Part shown: one piece after another, positions 10,061 to 19,786 of the stretch
Position numbering within the stretch: the first letter of the stretch is position 1
How the letters are laid out: each line of letters opens with the position of its first letter
Source: an uncultured Acidimicrobiia bacterium
Lineage (GTDB): Bacteria > Actinomycetota > Acidimicrobiia > Acidimicrobiales > AC-14
NCBI GenBank assembly: GCA_963836205.1
Contig: CAWIIV010000006.1
Span: 512,001 to 576,000 of the forward strand
Length of the DNA stretch: 64,000 bases
Direction: 5' to 3'
Position numbers and translations under genes: made by a program
Notes under the pieces: model-generated
The model's database searches: none
Told to the model about the DNA's origin: nothing
The model's input: only the letters and a program-made list of their open reading frames with translations

Positions 10061-10437
10061 GTGACATCGACGACCCCATCGAGCGGGTGACGGCGTTGTG
10101 TCTCGCCCTCCCCGAGGCCGAGTCGGTACCCGCGGGCGACCGGCACACCGCATTCTCGGTCCGGAAGCGGATCTTCGCCTATCACCTCGTCGATCACCAC
10201 GGCGACGGGCGGGTGGCACTCAACTGCAAGGTCGCCCCCGGCGAGAACACGGCGCTCATCGCCGACGACCCTGTCCGGTGGTTCATGCCCGCCTACCTCG
10301 GTCCCCGGGGATGGGTCGGCCTCGACCTCGAGGCGGCGCCGGTCGACTGGGACGCGGTCCGCTCGCTCCTCATCGAGAGCTACCGGCTGGTCGCGCCCAA
10401 GGCCCTCGTCCGCCGGCTCGACACCGACCCGACGTGA
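10057..10437 (+). CDS. MmcQ/YjbR family protein
   Basis: LCLALPEA, FSVRKRIFAY, DHHGDGR, FMPAYLGPRGWVGLDL, LIESYRLVAPKAL. Confidence 0.9.
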   Translation: MSDIDDPIERVTALCLALPEAESVPAGDRHTAFSVRKRIFAYHLVDHHGDGRVALNCKVAPGENTALIADDPVRWFMPAYLGPRGWVGLDLEAAPVDWDAVRSLLIESYRLVAPKALVRRLDTDPT

Positions 10438-11159
10438 CCGTCGAGGCGGTGGTCTTCGACTGGGGCGGGACCCTCTCCGAGTTCGTGTCGGCCGAGTTGG
10501 TCGACGCCTGGCGGCTGGCCGCCCGCCACCTTGCGCCCGACCGGGAGGACGAGCTCACCGACCGCCTGGTGGCAGTCGAGGCCGCCTTCTGGACCACCAC
10601 CGCCACCCACCAGCGCAGCGCCACCCTCGCCGACCTCCTGGCCGCGGCCGCGGCCGAGCTCGGCCTCGACGTGGCCGAGGCGCTGCTGGAGGAGGCCGCC
10701 GTCCGCCACCTCGACTCCTGGACGCCCCACGTCCGCCACGACCCCGACGCCGCACCGACCTTGGCCGCGCTGCGGGACCGGGGCCTGCGCATCGGGCTGC
10801 TGTCCAACACCCACTGGCCCCGCCCGTTCCTCGAGCGCTTCCTCGAGCGCGACGGGCTGGCCGGCCTCATCGACGTCCGCCTCTACACCAGCGAGATGCC
10901 GTTCCAGAAGCCCCATCCCACCGCGTTCCGCGCCGCCCTCGACGCCCTCGGTGTCGGCGACCCGTCCACCGCCGTGTTCGTGGGCGACCGTCCGTGGGAC
11001 GACATCTCCGGCGCCACCAGCGTCGGCATGCGCACCGTCCTCCGTCCCAACCCGATGCTCGACGAGGACGGTCCTCCGCCCGACGCCCGCATCGCCGCCC
11101 TCCCCGAACTGCTCGACCTGGTCGCAGGCTGGAACGGCGACGGGATCAGGCGACCGTGA
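10434..11159 (+). CDS. HAD-superfamily hydrolase
   Basis: AVVFDWGGTL, GLLSNT, KPHPTAF, FVGDRPWDDISGA; GTG at 10434 overlaps the upstream stop. Confidence 0.9.
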   Translation: MTVEAVVFDWGGTLSEFVSAELVDAWRLAARHLAPDREDELTDRLVAVEAAFWTTTATHQRSATLADLLAAAAAELGLDVAEALLEEAAVRHLDSWTPHVRHDPDAAPTLAALRDRGLRIGLLSNTHWPRPFLERFLERDGLAGLIDVRLYTSEMPFQKPHPTAFRAALDALGVGDPSTAVFVGDRPWDDISGATSVGMRTVLRPNPMLDEDGPPPDARIAALPELLDLVAGWNGDGIRRP

Positions 11160-11565
11160 CCGTCCCCCGCATGCCGTAGGCCCAGTGCCCGGGCAGGTGG
11201 CAGCCGAACTCCACCTGCTCGCCTGCTTCGTCGCCGAAGGTGAACGTGGTGGCCCGGCTCTCGCCCGCGGGCACCGACACCTCGCCGGGACGGGGCGGGT
11301 GGTACGCCTCGGTCCCGTTCTCGTGCCGCTCGTGGACGCCGGCGTCGCCGACGATCAACTCGTGGCCGATGGGGTCGAGGTTGTGGACCAGGAACTTCAC
11401 GGTGGTGCCGGGGGCCACCTCGATGTGGGCCGGGGAGAAGGTGGAGAACCGAGCGGTGAGCTCGATCGTCTTGTCGGACCCGGGGCCGCCGCACCCGGCC
11501 AGCCCCACCGTCCCGGCCGCCATGGCCAGGAGGGTGGCGGTCAGCCGGATGCGGCGGCCGGACAT
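11146..11565 (-). CDS. Cupredoxin/plastocyanin-like copper-binding lipoprotein
   Basis: Lipobox LAGC; NLDPIGHEL and CHLPGHWAYGM type-1 copper ligands. Confidence 0.88.
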   Translation of the reverse strand: MSGRRIRLTATLLAMAAGTVGLAGCGGPGSDKTIELTARFSTFSPAHIEVAPGTTVKFLVHNLDPIGHELIVGDAGVHERHENGTEAYHPPRPGEVSVPAGESRATTFTFGDEAGEQVEFGCHLPGHWAYGMRGTVTVA

Positions 11566-12665
11566 CACTTGCGCCGGTAGGCGAGGGCGATGCCGCCGGC
11601 CCCGGCGACGACCACCAGCCCGGCCAAGCCGACGAAGGCGGCCACGTTGCCGGCGCCGTTGTCGTCGTCGGTCCCGAGGAGTCCGCCCTCGGGCTGGGCG
11701 GTGACATCGTCGTCGTCGGTGCCGAGCAGGCCGGCCGCCTCCGCCGATGGCTTGCCCGCCCCGCTGGCGTCGATGGCGAGGTCGTACGTGAGCTCCGACG
11801 GCGCCGCCGCCACCTTGAGGTACGACAGCCACATCGACTGCGGCAGCCACTCCATCCCCTTGTCGGTGCGGAGGTCGGTGAGCAGGGCGTCGGAGGCGAG
11901 CTCCTGGCGGTCGAGCACCACGCCGGCCGAGTCCTTGCCGGCGAGAAGGGTCGGCTTGATCTCGGTGAGGACGAACACGTCGGCGTCGATCCGCTCGCCC
12001 TCCACCCGGCCCAGGCCGAGGATGCGCAGCGGCACCCACGGGTTCTCGGTGGGGATGGTGATGTGCACCGGCGTGCCGTCGCCGATGTTCACGCCCTTGT
12101 CGGCCACCGCGGCGGCGTCGAAACGGGCGGCGAGGAAGATGGGGCTGCGGCGGGCGTAGAAGTCGAGGACCTCGGGGGCGTCGGGCGTGAGGAGGAAACC
12201 GTTGTCGATCGCCCACTGGCCGACGGCCTGGGCGCCGCCCTTGAGGACGGTGAGGTCGAGGGCGCCCACCCGGGTCTCGAGCAGGACTTCGGCCGAGTCG
12301 CCGGCCGCGGCCGAGGCGGCGAACTCGAGACGAGCCTGCGGGGGCGGAGGCGTGACCTCCTTGACCAGGCGCTGGAGAGTCCACTCGCCGCCCTCTTCAA
12401 CCGTCGTGGGGACGCCCGGCAGAGGGACGATCGAGCCGAACGCCCCGCCGGTGCCGGCGAACTCGAAGGCGGTCACGTAATGCTCGATGCCGTCGGCATA
12501 GCCGGCCAGGGTGGTGGTGCGGGTGAGGTTGACCTCGCCGTTCTGGCTGAAGACGCCTCCGCAGGCGAGGGCGGGGCCGGCAGTCGCGGTCAGGGCGACC
12601 GTGGCAGCGGCGGTCGCGGCGGTAAAGGTGAGCAACCAGGTCCTTCGTCGAGTGGGGCGCATCAT
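11565..12665 (-). CDS. DUF2330-like secreted protein with C-terminal membrane anchor
   Basis: Arg-rich signal peptide, ALACGG, FGSIVPLPGVP, WAIDNGF, C-terminal TM followed by YRRK. Confidence 0.75.
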   Translation of the reverse strand: MMRPTRRRTWLLTFTAATAAATVALTATAGPALACGGVFSQNGEVNLTRTTTLAGYADGIEHYVTAFEFAGTGGAFGSIVPLPGVPTTVEEGGEWTLQRLVKEVTPPPPQARLEFAASAAAGDSAEVLLETRVGALDLTVLKGGAQAVGQWAIDNGFLLTPDAPEVLDFYARRSPIFLAARFDAAAVADKGVNIGDGTPVHITIPTENPWVPLRILGLGRVEGERIDADVFVLTEIKPTLLAGKDSAGVVLDRQELASDALLTDLRTDKGMEWLPQSMWLSYLKVAAAPSELTYDLAIDASGAGKPSAEAAGLLGTDDDDVTAQPEGGLLGTDDDNGAGNVAAFVGLAGLVVVAGAGGIALAYRRK

Positions 12666-12742
12666 CGACCTCCCGTCGTGTGAGCTGTCCGTGAGACGCC
12701 TCCGGTGGGAGGTTCGGTTCCCGGGACCTAACCTGTTTCTCC

Positions 12743-13711
12743 GTGCGATACCGGGAGGTCGGCGGGGCCCGGGTGTCGGTCGTCGGCCTGGGGACATGGC
12801 AGTTCGGGTCGGCCGAGTGGGGCTACGGCGAGGGATACGCGGCGGTGGAGGCCGACGCGATCGTCCGGCGGGCGCTGGATCTGGGCGTGAACCTGATCGA
12901 CACGGCCGAGGTCTACGGCCACGGACGGTCGGAGTTGATCGTCGGTCGCGGGATCGCCGGGCGGCGGGACGACGCGTTCGTGGCAACCAAGGTCTGGCCG
13001 GTGGCGCCTCTGGCCCGGGTGGTGGAGGAGCACGCCCGAGGGAGCGCGGCGCGGCTGGAGGTCGAAACCATCGACCTCTACCAGATCCACTGGCCGAACC
13101 CCTTGGTGCCATTGGGGATGACGATGGCGGGCATGCGCCGGTTGGTGGACGGGGGCGTCGTGCGCCACGTGGGGGTGAGCAACTTCTCCCTCGGTCGCTG
13201 GCGGGCGGCGGAGCGGCGGTTGGGGTCGCCGGTGCTGTCGAACCAGGTCCAATACAACCTGGTCGCTCGCAAACCGGAGCGGGAGCTGCTCGGGTACGCG
13301 GCCTCTTCCGATCGGCTGATCATCGCCTACAGCCCATTGGCCAAGGGCCTGCTCGGGGGACGGTACGACGATCGTCATCGGCCGTCGTCGCTGATCAGGA
13401 AGGTGAGCCCCCTGTTCATGCCCGAGAACCTCCGCCGGGTGAAGCCGTTGCTGGACGTGCTGCGGGAGGTGGCCGCTTCGCAGGGTGCGAGCCCCGCCCA
13501 AGTGGCCCTGGCGTGGGTGCTCCGCCGCCCGAACACGGTCGCCATCCCCGGGGCCCGGACGGTCGAGCAACTCGAGTCCAACGTCGCCGCCGCCGACCTC
13601 GACCTCACCGACGACGAGGCTGACGCGTTGACCGGGGCGTCCGACGCCTTCCACCGGGCGTCGATGGCCCGAGCCGCACCAAGCCTCTTGCGGAGGGCTG
13701 AAAGGGCATGA
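12743..13711 (+). CDS. Aldo/keto reductase
   Basis: GLGTWQFG, IDTAEVYG, ATK, IDLYQIHWP, GVSNFS, AYSPLAKGLL, AIPGAR. Confidence 0.95.
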   Translation: MRYREVGGARVSVVGLGTWQFGSAEWGYGEGYAAVEADAIVRRALDLGVNLIDTAEVYGHGRSELIVGRGIAGRRDDAFVATKVWPVAPLARVVEEHARGSAARLEVETIDLYQIHWPNPLVPLGMTMAGMRRLVDGGVVRHVGVSNFSLGRWRAAERRLGSPVLSNQVQYNLVARKPERELLGYAASSDRLIIAYSPLAKGLLGGRYDDRHRPSSLIRKVSPLFMPENLRRVKPLLDVLREVAASQGASPAQVALAWVLRRPNTVAIPGARTVEQLESNVAAADLDLTDDEADALTGASDAFHRASMARAAPSLLRRAERA

Positions 13712-13724
13712 TATTCCTTAGGCC

Positions 13725-14331
13725 GTGAGGCGCCTGGCGCTCGTCGGGATGGTGGTGGCGTTGCTGCTCCTGTCGGCCGCGTGCGGCGGCAAGGACGAAC
13801 CGTTGGGCCCCATCGGCTCGGTGCCCCAAGCCACGACAACGACCAACCCCTACGCCGTGCCGGAAGTCATCGACGAGGCCTACGTGAACCGAGTCCTGGC
13901 CGGGCTGGACCAGGCCTACGGCGACCTCACTCGCTTGATCGTGAGCACCGAGAACATCGTGCCCGAAGCGATCGACCGTCTCAAGACTCATCTATCGTCG
14001 ATGAGGATCAGTTTCAGTTAGCAAATCAACGCTATTCCAGAGACATCCTCGACCGAGGCCTCGAGACCATCCGGCCCAATCCCGGCAATAGGGCCACAAC
14101 AGTCAGCGAACTGATCACGGTCAGTGCACGGATTGTGTCTTTGCCGAGAGTGGACATGGACACCTCTGCGGTCACGATCTCGCCGAAACCCGTTTTCCGC
14201 ACCAGGTGGATCGCCATCGTCCCTCATGATCCCGTCGCTGGATCGAAGAACAATCCCACGGGATGGGTATTCGTCTACGAAGGATTCGAGAAGACTTTTC
14301 TCAACCGGCCGACCCATGCGCCGGCTTCTAG
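13725..14331 (+). pseudogene. Cassette copy 1 lipoprotein, frameshifted (about 13990, 14130-14145, 14295)
   Basis: Lipobox LSAAC; paralog of 17153..17746; pieces in ORFs 13725..14021 and 13781..14833; the restored C-terminus reads DFSQPADPCAGF*. Confidence 0.8.
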
Positions 14332-15212
14332 TCACCCTTGTGGTTTGCATTCATTCTCTGGCGATACCAACTGTTACCCTGGCACGACAGGCCGAGAACC
14401 CGGAGCAAACCTCGACTTACCCTGGTCGTGGCGCCAGTCAGAAGCGGCGGGAATTCCGGCGGTCAGGACGGTAGTAGCCGGGGCGGTGATGGCGCTCGAT
14501 GTGGAGAGCGCCGAGTCGAAACGGCCGACACGGCGTCGGTCGAACCCACGAAGGACTACGACCGACTCGGCGCCTTCGGTTCGGTACATTCCCTATGAAC
14601 GTGTCGTTCCAGGCGGCGGGCCCAATGGCGAAATGTGCAGTTGGCCGAAGTGGGTTCCGGCGGTTCCCGACGAACCACTCCCGTGGATCGCGGGTTTCCG
14701 AACTGACCAGAGCCATGGAGGACTCCTTGCCTCGGCTACCCGGAGCTGCCCGATCGAGCCGGGTTCCGAGTCTCGTCAGCTGAGACGCCAAGATCTATGC
14801 ACATCAGTACTGGCAACACATGCCGCTCCCTAGTCCTCAGCCGTACATCGCTCCAGGAAGGGCGATCACCGGGATGTTCGCCTACCTCGAGACTCGAGGG
14901 ACGACGACCCACACCTTCTCCGAGCCGGAGACGCCTTTTGGGCCACTAACGATCGTGGCGACCGGCAGGTACTACGTCGATTGGGGCGACGGGACCCGGA
15001 CCGGGCCACACTCCTCCGAGGGCGAGCCGTGGCCGGACGGCGACATCAAGCATGAGTACATCCATATCGGCTCGTACGACGTCGTGGTCACCGAGCGGTG
15101 GACGGCGACGTGGAGCTTCGGGGACCAGTCGGGCACGCTTACCGAGCTTCGCACCGTGGGGCGGATCGACGACTTCCCCGTCCAGCAGATTCAGGCGGTC
15201 GTCTTCCAGTAG
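14316..15212 (+). pseudogene. Cassette copy 1 secreted PKD-like protein, frameshifted in its N-terminal half
   Basis: MRRLLV start at 14316; GGGPNGEMC in a second frame; C-terminal 130 aa (14820..15212) almost identical to that of 17731..18561. Confidence 0.8.
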
Positions 15213-15214
15213 GA

Positions 15215-15265
15215 GTTCTGGGGCATGAAAAGGGGTGCCACGCTCCCCTTTTCATGCCCACAAAC
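15215..15265. terminator. Palindromic hairpin after cassette copy 1
   Basis: GGGCATGAAAAGGGG..CCCCTTTTCATGCCC inverted repeat; paralog at 18564..18614. Confidence 0.7.
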
Positions 15266-15324
15266 GGCTACGGCAGCCTGCGGGCGCCGATGGTGTCCTT
15301 CCAGACCGGTTCGTAGCCGGCGGC

Positions 15325-16782
15325 GAGGATGTCCCGAGTTCCGTGGAACTTCGGTGGCGGCCCCGATGATCAGGCGGCTACTTCCCCATCCTCGCACGGG
15401 GGTGCGACAACCTTCGTGACGTGAGCGTCAAGGGCGGTCCGGAGGGCGGGCAGGTGGAGAAATCCGTTCACCCGGCGGAACTGCTTGGCCGCCTCCACCA
15501 TGCCCGCCGCACACCAGCGCAGCGCCATCGTCCCGTCCCGCCAGCGCTTCACGTTGGTCGAGTGATCCCGGCAGATCTCGATCATCGACTCGATGGCGTT
15601 GGTCGAGCGCAGCGTTCGGGCCAGCGTCGGCGGCACCCCGAGGCGGCTGACGGTGAGCGTCTCGGCCAGGCCCTCCCGCAGGCTGCCAGCGGCACCGGGG
15701 TGGCCCTTGTCCAGATCCCGGGCCAGGGCTTCGAGTGTCGCCTCGGCGGCCAACGCGTCAGCGTCGTGGTAGGCCGCTCGCATCTTGCGGGCCACCGTGG
15801 CCGCCATGTCCTTGGGCAGTCGCGACTCGACATTGCGGATCTTGTGGAGCTGGCAACGAGCCACGACCGGGTGGTCGAACACCGCCTTGACCGCCGCCAC
15901 CAGCGCCTTTGCCCCGTCGAGCACGCACAGGATGGGCCTGGTGGTGTCCAGGCCCCGATCCCGAAGGCCGGTGAGGAGGTCCTTGACGATGGTGGCGTTC
16001 TCGGTGTCGCCCTCCACCACCCCGAGCGGGTGCTTCGTCCCGTCGATGCCGATCCCCAGTGCCACCACGCAGACGTGGTCCGCGAAGTGCACGCCGTCGA
16101 TCATCAGCGCCACCAGGTCGAGGCCCGACAGGTCGGCGGCCAACATGGTGGCCAGGGCCGTTCGGTGGCGGTCACGAACCGCCGGCTGACCGCCGACTTC
16201 GACTTCGATCGAGCTGCTGCCTCGACCCCGGTGCCGACCGGCTCGAGTCCGGCCGAGTACCGCCGAGTCGACAGCTTGGCCATCATGCGCTCCAGCGCCA
16301 TCGAATCGAGCAGCTCGGTGGAGGCGAACAGGTCGTAGGCCGGCACCGCCACCTCGGCGGTTCCGTCCGCGCTGCGCATGCGCGGCCGCTGCACCGGCAA
16401 CCGCCGCCCGCCGAGGGTCACCGAGCCGTCCTCGGTTCCGTGGCGGACGGCGGTTCGATCGGGATCATGGACGCCCTTGGGCCCGCAGGCGGCGGTGACG
16501 CTCTCCTGCATCATCACGTGCATGACCTGCAGCCCAGCCCCGACGGCCAAGGCGAGAAGGCCCTCGCGCACTGTCTCGGCCAGCTCGGCCATGGCCAGGC
16601 TCACGGTGTCGGGCAGGGCGAGCTCGGCGGTCGCCGCGTGCGCGGCCTTGGTCTGATAGTTCTTCTTCACTGGCGGTCCCCTTGCTGGTCGAGTGACTTG
16701 GCGGTCGCCCGACACCTACCATCCGGCAGGTCTCAGGCGGGGGACCGCCACCTCAAACTTCTACGACGACCGGGACAACCTC
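15325..16782 (-). mobile_element. IS256-family insertion sequence, 1458 bp
   Basis: Imperfect TIRs GAGGATGTCCCG..GGTGGCGGCCCCG and GAGGTTGTCCCG..GGTGGCGGTCCCCG; 9-bp TSD GCCGGCGGC at 15316-15324 and 16783-16791. Confidence 0.95.
15370..16670 (-). CDS. IS256/Mutator-family DDE transposase, one frameshift near 16160
   Basis: RHGTEDGSVTLGGRR, LSTRRY, SKSAVSRRF, LMIDG, VLDGAKAL, RCQLHKIRNV, STNAIES; GTG at 16670. Confidence 0.92.
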
Positions 16783-17000
16783 GCCGGCGGCTCTCAATCG
16801 AGACGATCTCGGACGGCGAGCGGTCGTCGGGGACTCGACTGGGCGCTCGGCGGGGCTTTCCGACGCGTAGCCGCCGGGTTCGGGGTGGGAACCCGGCTGA
16901 CTCGACGTCGCGCCCAATGAACACCGCGTTCCCAAGCCGGGGCATCGAGGATCGCCAACGAGAACCACCCTCAGCGGGAACAGGCGCAGCTTGCACGCGG

Positions 17001-17139
17001 GTCAAACGTCGCCGTCGCCGATCTCGAGCTGACAGCCGACGAGGGGAACGCGCTGCTCACCGCCGCGTCCGACGCCTCCACCGGGCGTCGATCGTGCGGA
17101 AGGGTCCCAAGGCCACTTGCGAAGGCCTGAAAGGACATG
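17001..17139 (+). pseudogene. Degenerate duplicate of the aldo/keto reductase 3' end
   Basis: Aligns to 13576-13711 (AACGTCGCCG.CGCCGA.CTCGA, GCGTCCGACGCCT.CCACCGGGCGTCGAT, CTGAAAGG.CATGA). Confidence 0.85.
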
Positions 17140-17152
17140 ATATTCCTCAGCC

Positions 17153-17746
17153 GTGAGGCGCCTGGCGGTGGTCGGGGTGGTGCTTGCGGTGACAATCTTC
17201 GGCGCGTGCGGCGGCAAGGACGAACCGTTGGGCCCCATCGGCTCGGTGCCCCAAGCCACCACGACCACCAACCCCTACGCCGTGCCCGCGATGATCGACG
17301 AGGCGTATGTCAATCGCGTATTGGCCGGGTTGGAACGAGCTTTGGGCGACGTGACGCGCCTGATAGTCGGCAGTCTAAACCTCCCGCCGGAGGCCATTGA
17401 TCGTCTCAAGGTCCTCTATCTGGATGACGGACTGCTCCAACTTGTTGTTGACGGCTTCCAAAAAGACCTCCTCCGCGGCCTGGAGGGGATTCGCCCTAAC
17501 CCTGGGGATCGGCGTACGACCGTTATCGAGCTGCTCTCCGTCACGCCTGGGTGCCTGTTCGCACGGGTTCGTACCGATGCCTCAGCGGTAGTGACTACTC
17601 CAAACGCAACCTATGAACAGTGGATTGGACTCGTCCCACTTGACGCATCCCCACCAACAACCTTCAACGCGACGAACTGGGGTTTCGTGTACGAGGGAGC
17701 GAATCCAGACCGGTCGGCACCGGAGGATCCATGCGACGACTCCTAG
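17153..17746 (+). CDS. Cassette copy 2 lipoprotein (intact, 197 aa)
   Basis: Signal peptide with lipobox FGAC, Thr-rich linker, helical then beta region, two further Cys (GCLF, DPC). Confidence 0.88.
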   Translation: MRRLAVVGVVLAVTIFGACGGKDEPLGPIGSVPQATTTTNPYAVPAMIDEAYVNRVLAGLERALGDVTRLIVGSLNLPPEAIDRLKVLYLDDGLLQLVVDGFQKDLLRGLEGIRPNPGDRRTTVIELLSVTPGCLFARVRTDASAVVTTPNATYEQWIGLVPLDASPPTTFNATNWGFVYEGANPDRSAPEDPCDDS

Positions 17747-18561
17747 TCGTGGCCGGCACCATCATTTCCCTGCTCTCCGTTTCAGATCCCGCGGTCGCGG
17801 CTAGCCAACCGGTATGTCGTTACGTCCCGTCCCTCGCGGACTATCTCTGCGAGGATTTTGAAATCACCCAAACAGGCTCAGATCCGATCAATGGTGCAGG
17901 GCACCTTGCCGGCGGAGCCGATTCGACGGACGGTAAGGTATACGTGCCGTACAAGAAGGTCCTGCCTAGCGGCGGGCCGAATGGCGAACCGTGTTTGGTG
18001 ACCGCCTATCAGGAGGTATTCGAAGGCGAGGACCCCAGAGTCGTCGCGGATATTTCTAATCGATACATCGGCAACATTGGCGTCACTTACAATGACTGCC
18101 CCACGCGGCCGGACGAAGTGTTGGCGGCGGAAACCCCACAGACCTATGTACGGAGCTTCTGGACACGGCAGACGCTGCCGACACCTCAGCCCTATGTCGC
18201 CCCCGGACGCGCAATTACGGGGATGTTCGCGTATCTCGAAACCCGCGGGACCACGACCCATACCTACACCGACCCGGACACCCCCTTTGGCCCACTGACG
18301 GTGGTGGCCACCGGGAGGTACTACGTCGATTGGGGCGACGGGACCCGGACGGGGCCGCACTCGTCCGAGGGCGAGCCGTGGCCGGACGGTGACATCAAGC
18401 ACGAGTACATCCACATCGGCTCGTACGACGTCGTGGTCACCGAGCGGTGGACGGCGACGTGGAGCTTCGGAGACCAATCGGGCGTACTCGATGAGCTTCG
18501 CACCGTGGGGCGCATCGACTACTTCCCCGTGCAGCAGATCCAGGCGGTCGTGTTCCAGTAG
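17731..18561 (+). CDS. Cassette copy 2 secreted Cys-containing protein with a C-terminal PKD/Ig-like domain (intact, 276 aa)
   Basis: Signal peptide; four Cys in the N-terminal half; YYVDWGDG..HEYIHIGSYDVVVTERWTATW PKD-like signature; start overlaps the lipoprotein end. Confidence 0.85.
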   Translation: MRRLLVVAGTIISLLSVSDPAVAASQPVCRYVPSLADYLCEDFEITQTGSDPINGAGHLAGGADSTDGKVYVPYKKVLPSGGPNGEPCLVTAYQEVFEGEDPRVVADISNRYIGNIGVTYNDCPTRPDEVLAAETPQTYVRSFWTRQTLPTPQPYVAPGRAITGMFAYLETRGTTTHTYTDPDTPFGPLTVVATGRYYVDWGDGTRTGPHSSEGEPWPDGDIKHEYIHIGSYDVVVTERWTATWSFGDQSGVLDELRTVGRIDYFPVQQIQAVVFQ

Positions 18562-18563
18562 GA

Positions 18564-18614
18564 GTTCTGTGGCATGAAAAGGGGCGCCACGCGCCCCTTT
18601 TCATGCCCACAAAC
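18564..18614. terminator. Palindromic hairpin between cassette copy 2 and convergent thiH
   Basis: GGCATGAAAAGGGGCGC-CAC-GCGCCCCTTTTCATGCC perfect stem. Confidence 0.75.
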
Positions 18615-18616
18615 GG

Positions 18617-19786
18617 CTACGGCAGCTGACGGGCGCCGATGGTGTCCTTCCAGACCGGTTCGTAGCCGGCGGCTCGCAGCATGGACGCGACCTCCGACGG
18701 CGAGCGGTCGTCGGCGACCTCGAACTGGCCCTCGGCCTCGCTCGGCTCGGCGTAGCCGCCGGGTTCGGTGTGGGAGCCGGCCGACATCGACGTCACGCCC
18801 AACCGGAACACGCCGTCGCGCAGCCGGGGGGCCTCCCGGGTCGACAGCGAGATGCCGACCGTCGGTAGGCACAGCCGCAACGCGCACACGACCTGCACGA
18901 ACTCGGCGTCGGTCAGGGGGCGGGCCGGCTGATACTCGCCAGCGGCGGGGCGCAGGCGGGGTAGCGACACCGACACCTCGCATCGCCACCACCGCCGCAG
19001 CAACGCCGACGCATGGGCACCCACGGCCAGCACCTCTCGCCGCCAGTCGGGGACCAGTCCCAACAATGCCCCGATGCCCAGCGATCGCATCCCGGCCTCG
19101 GCCCCCCGGTCGGGCGCGGCCAGTCGCCAGTCGTAGTTGCGCTTCTTGCCCTTGAGGTGGCACGCCTCGTACACCGTGCGGTCGTACGCCTCCTGGTACA
19201 CGACCAGTCCCTCGCACCCCGCCGCCACCAGCCGGCGGTAGGTCGCGGTGTCCCACACCTGCACCTCCACCGACAGCGACGGGACCACGGGGGCCAGCGC
19301 CGCCACACAGGAGACCAGATACTCCTTCGACACGATCCGGGCGTGCTCGCCGGCGACCAGCAACACGTGCCGGAAACCCCGGGCCACCAGCTCCCGACCC
19401 TCGGCGACGACCTCGTCGACCGTCAGCGTCCGCCGGGCGATCTCGTTGCCGGCGGAGAACCCGCAGTAGGTGCACACCGACACGCACTCGTTGGACAGGT
19501 ACAGCGGCGCGAACAGGCGTACCACCCGTCCGAAGCGCTGCACCGTCGCCCGAGCCGCGGCCGCGGCCAGGTCCTCCAGACGATCCCCGGCCGCCGGCGA
19601 CAGGAGCACGGCCAAATCGGAGAGAGAGCGCCGACCGGCCCGAAGTGACCGGTCGACATCGCCAGGAGTGGCCGACCAAGCCCGCGCCACCAGCCCGGAC
19701 AGGTCGGTCGCCAGCAGGTCGGCCGCCGCCGTCCCCGACGGCACGCCGGCCGGCCGCGACGACAGCTCGACCGCGACAGCGGTCAA
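18617..19786 (-). CDS. thiH: 2-iminoacetate synthase ThiH (radical SAM tyrosine lyase)
   Basis: [76 protein letters not shown]; TTG start overlapping the thiG stop is inferred. Confidence 0.92.
   Translation of the reverse strand: MTAVAVELSSRPAGVPSGTAAADLLATDLSGLVARAWSATPGDVDRSLRAGRRSLSDLAVLLSPAAGDRLEDLAAAAARATVQRFGRVVRLFAPLYLSNECVSVCTYCGFSAGNEIARRTLTVDEVVAEGRELVARGFRHVLLVAGEHARIVSKEYLVSCVAALAPVVPSLSVEVQVWDTATYRRLVAAGCEGLVVYQEAYDRTVYEACHLKGKKRNYDWRLAAPDRGAEAGMRSLGIGALLGLVPDWRREVLAVGAHASALLRRWWRCEVSVSLPRLRPAAGEYQPARPLTDAEFVQVVCALRLCLPTVGISLSTREAPRLRDGVFRLGVTSMSAGSHTEPGGYAEPSEAEGQFEVADDRSPSEVASMLRAAGYEPVWKDTIGARQLP

Larger units (their letters stand above)
15268..16945 (-). pseudogene. Duplicated 3' remnant of thiH (15268-15324 plus about 16783-16945), split by the IS
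   Basis: 15268-15324 is nearly identical to 18617-18673; 16783-16945 aligns, with many substitutions and indels, to 18665-18830. Confidence 0.85.

Noticed and set aside
13725-18561. Diversity-generating retroelement or integron explanation for the cassettes
   Set aside because: No reverse transcriptase or integrase in the window, differences are not adenine-specific, and the hairpins lack attC RYYYAAC/GTTRRRY ends
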